Part shown: piece after piece, positions 11,001 through 23,000 of the stretch
Numbering within the stretch: the first letter of the stretch is position 1
Layout of the letters: every line of letters begins with the position of its first letter
Source: Saccostrea echinata
Lineage: Eukaryota
Direction: 5' to 3'
Assembly (NCBI RefSeq): GCF_033153115.1
Contig: NW_026889805.1
Coordinates: 8,246,001 to 8,310,000 of the forward strand
Length of the DNA: 64,000 nt
Position numbers and translations under genes: made by a program
Notes under the pieces: model-generated
What the model saw: the letters and a program-made list of their open reading frames with translations, nothing else
Databases searched by the model: none
Told to the model about the DNA's origin: nothing

Positions 11001-14000
11001 CAATGATGATACATCTAATGATGGACACTACTGGATTTGCTTCGGATGCTGGATCTGACCTTCATTTTCTGGATGAGTGACCAGGTTAAAGTTTTTGGAG
11101 CAGGTCCAATGCCAAGGAATTGTAAGGCCTAACTGTACCAAACCTGCAAGGATGATGCATCAAGGGATGAACACTCTCAAACTTTCTTCAGATGCTGGAT
11201 TTGACTTACATTTTCTGGATGAGTGACTAGTTTAAAGTTTATAGATAAGTCCATTCCCAAGTAACTGAAGCCTTATCAGACCAAAATTGCATAAATGATG
11301 CACACTACTAGATTATTAGTTGGACTTTGCCTTACTTAAAGACAACAATCGTTGAGGTGAGCTCTGTAATCTCTGAAAACCTATGTTTAAATTTGCTCTC
11401 TCCTCAAGATTAGTACATACCTTTTCATGGTGTGAGTCAAATTTTCCAGGGAGGGCAGTACTCCATGTAATTTGGAGTTAGATACCTTGTGTTATTATTA
11501 TACTATGGGTTAAGAAATTTATTACAGAAACAAGTGCCTGTGAAAGGGATCCTGAATCCAAAGATGACTTTCATGTTCATGAAAATTATCTCCCTTTGTC
11601 AGCATATCAATACAGTAAACTTCTTTTATAACGTACTCGGTTATAAAGTATCTCCGGATGTAAAGTAGCCATTCCGTAGTCCCGGCAACATGTCTATATA
11701 TTTCATTGGAAAAAACACCGCTTACAACGTATTTGTATATAACGTAGTATCGCTTATAAAGTATATAACGTATTCTGACACATGGTTTCACACCTTTTCA
11801 GAGCAATGACTGTGGATTAGTCACGGTTTGTTGACTTTATAGCTTCTCCGTATGGGTGTTTTTCTAACGAGGTTTCTTTGTTGTTTCAGGTAGATGTATA
11901 AATTTATAATAAATTGTTTGAATAAAGTTCATCGAGTAGATGTACTCAAAATTGTTTGAATAAAAATTCATCTTTGAGTAAGTAAATAGCAATATAACCG
12001 AAAATGATTTAATTAAACTTGTGAAAGAAAAATACATTGATTCAATATCAGTAAACAGCGAGGACGACGAGGTCATGCCTGACACGTGCATACTATCTAC
12101 CCAGACGATCAAAGGGCATAAGTCCGAAGTTTTCACGACTCTGGCAACTCTGGAGACTTTTGTAAATAAATGTCATCAGGCCAAACAGACAAACATTACA
12201 GACTTTTTATGTGATCTGACGATCATCAAGATTGTACAGCACTTAATTATACCTGTAAATCATTTATTTACATACTATACATACTTTAAAATATGAATAA
12301 GACACTAGCGGTTTGGAAAGTGCTTATGGTAAAGGTGTACTGTGTACTTCCGGTCTCCGTTTATAACGTACACCGGTTATAACATAGGATTTATCACAGT
12401 CCCCTGAGATACGTTATAAAAGATGTTTACTGTATATCCTTTGTATTTTCTTTTTGTAATTTTTTTTAACACTCTAAAGCACTAGGACAATTTTGTTCCA
12501 TTCCTATATTGGAATAGTATGAGGCAACAAAGAAAATATGAATATACATGCAGATTTCATTTGTCAGACATTGCCTCCTAAAGTTGGTAATACAGTACCT
12601 CAGTGAAGCCAATTGACCCCATATTGACCCCACAAAGAAAAATAACTCTTGTAAATGTGAAAATCTAGCTTCAGCCCGCTTATTTTGTCAATGTTCCATA
12701 GGCTTTGTTTTAATAGTCCTCTAATCATGGTGTCAACATGAGAGGCTTTCTTGAGTTTGGCACGGCATTGAAAAAATCTTAAGAGTTCCCAGAATCTGTT
12801 CGTTTCAATTCTCACAAATTTTAAAAATTTATCATTGCCCAATGCAAACTCTTTGTTCTGTGATTTGCATGGTAGTGTTCCGGACGTCCCCTATACATAT
12901 TGAGTTTAGAAGTATTATAACTCAAGTCTTTTTATGTTGTTACCCTCCTACCCCCTTCAAATCACACAGACACACTAGCTCTCCCATTTTCTCAGATTTA
13001 TAAGTAAAAGAAATGTATTTTCAAATCACATACAGCTGAGAAAGCAATCACTAACATTAATACCTGCATGATAACACCTTATTTTACCAGTCTACTGTCT
13101 TAGTGTCAGTGTAATGGTTTGGGCCATGAATATCAACGTGATTAGCTCAGTCGGTAGAGCACCTGACTATATAGTGATGCAAGTGTCCCAGGTTTGATTC
13201 CCCGGTCCACCCTTACAATTTCTCCTTCTCCTGTTACATAATTTGGTGCCATTGACCACCCCTGGACTTGCAGGTGAAGATAATTTAGATTGTAAGAAGA
13301 ATGTAATGGTTTGGGCTGTGGATATCGGCCTGGGTAGCCTACTCGGTAGAGCATCTGATTAGTGATGCAGGGGTCCCCGATTCCTGGTCCAGCCACTTAT
13401 TTTCTCCTTTCCTGTTACAGCAATACTTCATCAGTCAGCTGCATTCTTACAAGTCCCTGATAATAAATTTTGGTTAATATGTTTTGTTCATCAGAAATAC
13501 TTTTTATTAAATAATAATAGAAACAAAGATATTGCCATACAAAAAGAAAAAGAACTGTAAAAACTGACAGAATTGTATTTTTAAGAACATGCAGACATTG
13601 GAGTTATTTCCCTTTGAACACATTATGGCTAAATACTTAGCTATGTAATAGGAAGATGGTTATCTCTGCATAAAACCTTTGATGTTTATGAGTTGTAGGT
13701 GACATCAATCGTGTCATTTTCTCATATATTTCAGAAAGGGTACAAAGAGTTCAGATTTGCATTGGAATTTTAGTGAGGCATTAATGCAGAAGTGTTTTTC
13801 ATAAACATTAATTCTTGTAGCTTATGTAAATATAAGAAAAGGTGTAGTTATATATATATATATAGTTAATCAAAAGAAATGTTTGCATAAATGGGGTGTA
13901 AGAATTCCAAATATTTCTGAGGGAAGTGTTTCAAATAAAAAATCAATATACATGTTGTTCATTTTATAATGTGTAGGGATGATCCGAGTGTACATCTACA

Positions 14001-17000
14001 TGTATTATTAACAAAAATATTTTTTTCATGGGAGAACCTTGTAAATACAACAAAAATTAAGGCAAAACTGCATACAACAGCTGTAAACCAACTACAATAC
14101 ATGTTTGATTTCTTTGTCCCTACAAAGGTTTAATATTGGGGCATGATGGAACGTTGGCCTATTGAAAGCTATGTACCGAGGTCTTGAAAAATGAGGGGCG
14201 TATAGTGATGGAGTATCTGTCTATACATCCTTCCATCTGTCCATTACACTGGGAGATAGCCACCCCTTATCTGCAACTCCTTTTACATCACTTATTAAAA
14301 TTTAATAAGACTATCACAGAATCTTTATTGCATAGTACCATTACGAACCTCCTATTTTACATTTCAATCAGACACATGTTTGGGGTGTCCAATAGCAAAA
14401 CATTCTTTCTATAATATTGCGGATACCCATCTCTTATCTGCAACTCCTCCTATACCACTGAATAAATTTAATGAGACTTTCACAGAATATTACTTACATG
14501 GGAGTTGAGAATATCATTTTGTTAGCTCATTACTCGACACAGACTACCTCTAGTTTTATTAATTTTTTTCTACAGAATTAAATTAAGTATAACATGCGAT
14601 TACTTTGCTTAATCCATTGAATGAGACAGAATAAAAACATAACTTTCCACTATCGTATAAATTCAGATGTTTCAAGTGATTGTTACCAGGGCTTAAACCA
14701 ACTTCTATCATATTGGGATTAAAAGTTTCACAAATTAAGAAGATACATGTATTTGAAAAATATTTCAGTAAAGTCTTCTTGAAAATGTATACAACTGATG
14801 AACAAGAGAGGAAAATATTACAATATAGGTCAGACAAATTCCTGCACAGTTCACTTGCAGATTGAAGTGCATAAAAAAAACATGGCCACTTGAGCCAAAG
14901 GGCAACTGTAAGTAGGGATCCACATTTTTGCAAGAGCTTATATCTTTGAAAAACATCACATTTTTAAAAAAATGTCTACAGTTCTATGCAGTGTATATTC
15001 ATATTTTTATTCATATGTAGCCCTCAGGCAATAAAAGTTCATCTTAGTTTACAAGTAAAGATCTGACATTAAAATTCACCAAAACCTTCCTCTTTTTTGA
15101 AGAGTAAAAAGTTGTGGTTAAATGAATATGAAGCACTGTCAACCTTTGTCCTGGAGATCAGCAAGGTTCTGTGATTCTTGTCTTACTTATATTTTACATC
15201 AAAAGGAGACAGATGTTAATTACATTGATTTTTCTCATACTATAAGGTGATTAAAGTTAGTATTTTGATCTCTGAGCCTATTGTTAGCTCGCTCAAAATT
15301 TCATGTAACATTTTCACTTTTTTTTTTACTTCTTCAGAACTACAGTGCACTGTACCAGGTCAATTCAACCAAACTTGTCCTAAAGCATTTTCTCAAGGAG
15401 AATAAGGCTATCAAAATGACCAAAATGACAAGATGTAATAACTTAAAGGTAGACTTCAGTTTCTCCATATATCTTAGCTCTTTGGACCAAGTGGAGATAT
15501 GTTGGGGCTTTCTACAAGTTTTACAGATGAGTAGAAAACCTAATGTGGCTCAGTCTTCTGACACTCAGGTGACTGTTAACTCCCATGGGCCTCTTGTTCA
15601 GGACAATACATGAATGGAAATGGGAATGGTTATATGTAGCTCTGCTTCAGGGTCACTTCAGAAAAGACATATTCAAGTTTTCTTGAAGTTACGTATATAT
15701 GCTTGATATAACTTTAAGGGACTGGTAAGTTAACAAGAGGCCCATGGGCCACAATGCTCACCTGAGTCACATTGGTCCTGCTTATTTTGAGAAGAAGATT
15801 CATGAAACGTGATATGACTAATCATGACCCAGTAGATCTTGACAAAAAAGTTTCTTAAGATTTTTTTATTATTGTGTAAACTCAAATTCAAATCTGATTC
15901 AAATCTCTTGATCTGTACTTTCTGAGGCTTTCTATTATTAAAATATGATCAATACCCTTCTGTTGTTGAGAAGAAGAATTTTATAGAGTTTTTATGCCCC
16001 GCCATGAATATGGCCGGGGCATATAGTGTTTGTCATGTCCGTCCTTCCATCTGTCCTTTCTTCACACTTTGCGTTTAGCTCTGTTCAAAGCTCAGTTTTA
16101 ATGAAACCATTCAAGATATCTTTAACAAACTTCATATGCTGATAGATATTGATGAGAGCTTTGCAACTGCATCAACATTTTTTGACCTTGATGTTTCCTT
16201 TGACCTTGACCTCACTTTTCTTAAATTAGTGTTTAGCTCAGTTTTAAAGATACCATTCAAGATAGTGTAATCAAACTTCATATGTTGATACATGCTGATG
16301 AGAGCTATTCAACTGCATCAATATTTTTGACCTTGACCTTTCCTTTGACCTTGACCTCACTTTTCTTAAATAAGTTTTTAGCTCCGTTTTAAAGATACCA
16401 TTCAAGATAGTGTAATCAAACTTCATATGTTGATACATACTGATGTAAGTTATTAAACTGCATCAACATTTTTTGACCTTGACCTTTCTTTTGACCTTGA
16501 CCTCACTTTTCTTAAATTAGTGTTGAGTTCAGTTTTAATGAAACCATTCAAGATATTTTTAACAAACTTCATATGCTGATACATACTGATAAAGATACCA
16601 TTCAAGATAGTGTAATCAAACTTCATATGTTGATACATACTGATGTAAGTTATTCAACTGCATCAATATTTTTGACCTTGCCCTTTCCTTTGACCTTGAC
16701 CTCACTTTTCTTAAATAAGTTTTTAGCTCAGTTTTAAAGATACCATTCAAGGTAGTGTTATCAAACTTCATATGTTGATACATACTGATGAGAGCTATTC
16801 AACTGCATCAACATTTTTTTTAAACCTTGACCTTTCCTTTGACCTTGACCTCACTTTTCTTAAATTAGTGTCAAATTTTATATGCTGATGCATACTGATG
16901 AGAGCTATTCAACTGCATCAATATTTTTTTACTTTGACCTTTCCTTTGACCTTGACCTCACTTTTCTTTGATTAGTGTTTAGCTCAGTTTTAAAACCATT

Positions 17001-20000
17001 CATGATATTTTTATCAAACTTCATTTGCTAATACATACTGTTGTAACCTTTTCAACTGCATAAACAAAATTTGACCTTGACCTTTCGTTTGACCTTGACC
17101 TCACTTTTCTTAAATTTGTGTCAAACTTCATATGCTTATACATTCTAGTGTATGCTATTCAACTGCATCAATATTTTTTCACCTTGACCTTTCCTTTGAC
17201 CTTGACCTCACTTTTCTCAATTTGTGTTAAAATGTTGCATTACTAATTTACCCTCGGCGGGGCATTCATGTCTTATGGACATATTTCTAGTTCTTTATAT
17301 ATTCCTATGTAAAACTTTAATCCTAATTGTGGCCCTACCCTCGCTCCAGGGGTCGTTATTTGAATAAATTTGATTCTGCACTACCTGAAGATGTTTGCAT
17401 ACATGTATATCTATCATTAATCATGCTTGTGCTGTTCTTGAGAAAAAGATTTTTAAAATGTTTTATTATACAATCCCAGGTGGAAATGTGTATCCCTTTT
17501 TGTGGTCCCACCCTACCCCTGGGGTCATGTTTTGAGCAAATTTGATTCTGCATTACCTGATGAAGCATGCATAATTCATGTGACATCAGTAATCATGGCC
17601 AAGCTGTCCTTAGATTTTTCCTTTATTTTCCAATGTAAACTTTGATCCCCAATTGTGGCCCCAAAAATTCCTACCAACAGGGGCCATGGTTTGAACTAAT
17701 CTGAATATGCACTACTTGAGGATGCTTGCATATTAATAGGATTCATTATGGCCCATCTGGACTTGAGAAAAAGATTTTCAAAGATTTTTTTTTGCCAATT
17801 CCATCCTATCTCCCAAGGGCCATGATTTGAACAAATTTGATTCTGCACTACCTGAGGATGTTCTCATATTAATAGGACTTATCATGGTCTTGATATTCTT
17901 TAGAAGATTTTTGAAGATTTTTCCTATTTATTCCCACATAAAACTTTGATCCACTGTTGTAATTACACCCTATCCCCAGGGGCCGTGATTTGAACAAATT
18001 TGAATCTACACTATGACACAAAGCTTTCCTTTATAGTTTCATTTTGTTTAGCCCAGTGGTTCTTGAGAAAATATTTTTCAAAGATGCCACCAAATTTTTG
18101 CAAATTCTCAATTATCTCCCCTTAAAAGAGGGCATGGTTCTTCATTTGAATAAACTAGAATTTGGTTCACTCAAGGATGCTTTGTGGCAAGTTTGATGGA
18201 AATTGGAACAGTGGTTCTAGAGAAGTTGAAGATTTAAAAAGTGTACAGTCAACACACAACAAATGACAGACAGACATATGGACGCCATACACTTTTTGAT
18301 GAGAAAAGTTCACTTGAGCTTTCAACTCAGGTGAGCTTAAAGTATGTACTAGGGGGTACGTTCAGTTGATTGAAGGTAGTTGATCATCCTGTAAAATTGA
18401 GAGAGACTTGAACCTTTAACCTCCTCATTCTGACCTTTGAAGATGTCACCCTAGAAAACTTAAAAGCTGATGCAGTATCAAGATCAATGACTAGCAACAG
18501 CTGTAAGGTCTTTGTGGGACTCTGGTTGACAAGTCCAGCTTCCCTCTGATGTGTCTAGAGGGAGGCACAGTCTGTACATTAAACCATGCAATAACACAGC
18601 ACATCAAGGAAGGCCACCACAGGTAAGGGGGATGTCAGGGCAGGTGGAAATCACAAAGTTTTATGGTTGGTAGATTTTCTTCATGTGTACTGTGTAAATA
18701 CTCATTTTTTCGTGACATCTATTGAGTAAGAAAATTCTCTGACAGACATGTCCTGGTCTGATCTGGGATCTCTCCACCTCTAGATTCTAATTAGAGGATT
18801 CTGTACAATGTTCTAAAGTACACCTGCATGCCTCATGTACCATGGGATATGTTTAATTAAATTGAACTATCTGCTAAATTTATCTTGCCTGTTTTTCTAA
18901 CTCAGGGTTGGCAGGTAATGACAGCTATACTGATCAATCCATTTTGGTGCACACCATACATTTCTTTGTTCCACTACATTGAATAGAAACGTTACATCTG
19001 TAAATCTCTCTAAATTTGAATATAAGAAGGCTGAAAGCTGAAGGCTGTTGAAAAATATCCAGTGATATAAATTAAAAGTAAGTCACTTTTCCTTGCTATC
19101 ACTTACATTAGGTAAAAAGAATTTCCCTAAGGCAGCAAATCTATTTTTGTTTGTGATGCAAATATATCATGTATTCATACTACATATAAATGCAATGTAA
19201 AGTTTGTTCAAATTGACAATGCAATGTGATATTGCAACACTTGAAAATATTAAGAATTTTCTAATTTGATGGCATGTTTAGAAATTTTTGTTTTATCACA
19301 TCAAGCTTCTATAATCTTTTTTTTCTCTATTAAATCATTTGATTTTGCATGCTGTGCAAGTTTGATGTTGATTAACAAACAATGTCATCAAGAATTTTTA
19401 CTGAGGTTAAATTTTTACATGAGATTAAGACTTTTGGAGACTGTTTCGGTAAAGGCAATGGCATAGAGTAACCAAATATAAAGGTATTGATTTAAGGAAA
19501 AAAATGTTAAATAGAGGCAATTTAAAAATATAAGGTAGTCTTCTTGTAGAATTTGGAACCAGTGTTCTATGGGGTTTGGTTTTGAGCTAATTTGACCATG
19601 TGGTTTTCTGGCTTTCATTCTGTAACATTTCTGGGTTAAGGTATGCTCAAATCAATTAATTTGCTGAGGTGAAAAAGCTTTAGAACACAGTTTATTTCTT
19701 GTAAATAATTTTTTGTTGATTGAAGAAACCAGTATTATCTATCTTTAAAATATATAAACCATTTGTAGAAGTCTGAATCAATATGTGTTTTTCATTGAAT
19801 ACATGTTGAAAGCACAGTGCTCAAACCTGCAAAGTTTGCATTATTGAAGATAGTTCTTAAAATTGATCCATGTTAGAAATTTGAGTATGTTATCCCTATT
19901 GCATAACCTCTTACCTAAAGCATGGATTTTTAATTATGCAATAAATGAAATAAAGAAATTGTACTTGGAGATGAAAGGCACAAAGATTGAATTCTTAATG

Positions 20001-23000
20001 ATATTGGTATAGAATCAATATTTAAATGGGTACAGACATTCTTATGCTTGGTAATTTTGCATGGTATGATTTTTCTTTGCATATTAATGTGGCAACTGTT
20101 GATGATAACCTTGAAGTGCATTACTCAGGTTGAATCAGAATAAAATCATTCCTCTTACTATATATCATTCATTTTGTAACTCTGACTTTGACCATGTTAA
20201 GCTAGAAAGGGCTGACGAACCGGACAAGATTCCTTTGCCTTGTCTTCTTGTCATGACAGCGATTAAATGCGTCAACCATAGCATGCGCAGTGTTGTTAGA
20301 AATGCACATTGTATGGAAGACTTTGTGTGACCAATGTTTGCAGGAAATGTCAGATTCTTGATACAAGAATTTTTTTTAAAATCTACAGACTTGTCAAAAC
20401 CTGGAGTCAAATTCCAATTAGATTAATTGTGATGAAATGTGAAAAGAAACCTGAGGTAAATTTATTTCCTAATGGTTATTCATCCATGAGAGAGATGTAA
20501 TTAACCTTTTGCAAGGAACATAAGAAGAGATTTTCAATCATTGATAATAGTAACATGTATGATGTGGTTATACTTCATACTGAAGACATGCTGACCAGTG
20601 GTCAACTTGCTGACTGACTAATAGAAATCTTCTGTCACCTTCTTGCAGACTTGCTTCTTGTTAACTAACTTGCATTCATCCATCACTGGTCTGAGAGTTT
20701 GTATGTTCATTTCTTTCACATAGAGTTTTGGTCTGTTACTACAATAAATGGTAACAGATCTGAACATTAAATTTTAGACATTGTATTTTCATATAGTAAA
20801 GATATTGATGAGCCTAAATATTTTCCAATAACAGAAAAAATAGATTACTGTATGTATTGTTATTAAGTTATGGGAAAAATCACTAGAAATGGGTGTTTAA
20901 AGAGGATTTATCAAATTAAACTTAAGTTTGTTGGAAGAAAATATGAGTTGTGCATCCTATCAAGGTTTAACTTAATCCGATTAACTTCTTTGCCATAAAC
21001 CAGTCTTGTTTTACATACTGGTTTATAATGATATACTTTGTCTGTCCCAGTGCAGGTATAATTCTGTTGTTTTAGCATGTCAGATTTGGTAAGTAAGGAA
21101 TGGAACAAAATGTCTCTGTAACCAGGTCTTTTAAGTGTTTGTTTGTCATTTAAAGGATACAGTTTCTCAAAGAATTAGATAATGGATTTCAGAGTAAACA
21201 TTTTATAGGTTTGGTCCATTTGTTAAAGACAAGGTGTTTTTTTACCTTTATTTTTGGGTTCAGGTGTTTAATCGTTAGATCAGAGGTAGATGGTGATACC
21301 GATCAGAGATTGCAATAGTCCTGTGTTTGGTTTGATGCTCCTACAATTGCCATTGTCATCAGTAGACATTTACTAACAGATGGGCTACCTTTAATCATTT
21401 TTTGCTGCACATTAGATATCTGTCTGTTCACTCCAATGCAGATTTTGATGTATGATTTTCTTTCTTGTTTGGCCTTGTATGTTGCAAGGATCAAGCTAGT
21501 CTAGACAATTCTTGTAAAGGATTAATTTAAAGCAGTGACCAAATGGTGTGCTTTTTGTTACAGTAAAAATGGAAAATGACCTTTTGATGGCAAAGGTATG
21601 GGAAAAAATTCAAAATTCGGTCCTTTTTTTCTTCTGAAGTTGAGGTACCAGTATATCCTTGGGGGTAATTGTAACAAAAGCTTACAAGAAGAGACTTGGC
21701 CAATTAGGTTACTTTCAAGTGATCAAATGATCAGAGGTTTATAATCGGCACTTGACAACAACAAATTTCATCTGATAATGAGCAAATATTTGTTAAAGAA
21801 CACTTCTGAAAGTAAAAATTGTTTTCTTATGTACTATTTCAAAGCTTCTTAAATTGGATATATGATACATGTTGAAAGGTTAAGTGCATTAAAATAAAGC
21901 TGGATATTGAATTCATGTTCAATATTTAGTTAGCCTGTAAAATTATTTAAGGGCATTCACCCTGGCATACATTTTTTTAAGTGATTTGACCCTCTCATTT
22001 TATGTTATTCTAGGAATCTGTAAAGATACAGTTTATAATTGTAGGAAGATTTGTATTGTTTGTAAGTATATATATCTTCTAGCCTCTTTCTTTCATTTTT
22101 TTTTTTAAAATAAAAATCAAATTTTGTCTGTACATAAAAGTGTTTTCGTGTTCAACATCTTGGATCATTAGTTCATAGACATGAAATGCACCTGAGTAAT
22201 TAAAGTGAGGTATGTTAAATTTCAAATTCTTTCTATTGATTTAAACATTTTATGTGTATTTTGGAATTGTGTATCTGCAACCTTGAAAAAACATAACAAT
22301 AGGAAAATAAATGAAAAAGAATTTGTGAAGTAAAAAATGAAAATTGAGGAAGAAAACCTTCTCTATAATAAGTGCCCTTTTCTATACAACACTTGAAATT
22401 TTATGAAATATTTGCTTTAATATCATCGTGCAGGTGCAGTAAATAATTCCCTCTCCACAATCTGTAATTTTGCCAGATCCCTTTGTAACTTAATGATTAC
22501 ATGGATATGATGAATGTAAAATTCGGTCCACCCCTCCTCAAATGTATGTACTACAGCTATCATATAGAGTTAATAGCTGTATTTACTGTGTTTTATTTCA
22601 CTGAAATCAAAAATCACTCTTACTGTGGTATATAAAATTCCTGATAATTTTTAAAGCTGAAGAATATACCAGTAATTGAAAGTGTTAATAGGCAGTTGTA
22701 AATCTTGAATGTTGGTGATAAAATTTAATGCTTGTGTGTCAAACGAAGAAATTCTTTTAAAGATTTGAAATACTGCTTGATTTTATCAAATATTGGTCAG
22801 ATCCATTTTGTCATCTACTTTGAAACATATCATTGCAAAGGGAAAGAGTTCTTCTTAGGGACACTATAATTCTTTCTTGTCTTAAATACTGTAAAAGTTG
22901 CATATTGTTGTATGGAAATTTGAGTGATTCTGAGAGATTTATTAGGGATTAGTTCTTTAGCAGGAGTTGACCTAAGCTGGCCCCTCTGTATTTCTTAGCC

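Larger units (their letters stand above)
9915..11542. mobile_element. Foldback/MITE-like element with ~100-bp imperfect terminal inverted repeats; hosts nested insertions
   Basis: 9915-~10018 (cacaggcacttgtttctgtaataaattt...aaggtatctaactcc..attacatggagtac) is the reverse complement of ~11441-11542. No clean TSD is visible. Confidence 0.7.

Noticed and set aside
13135-13395. Two tRNA genes or pseudogenes
   Set aside because: Both sit inside TG...CA repeats separated by PBS-like and PPT-like sequence; better explained as LTRs.
15699-15724. ATG-to-gtaagt phase-2 mini-exon (MLDITLRDW)
   Set aside because: Wedged between two transposon ends and AT-rich; treated as an example of chance background.
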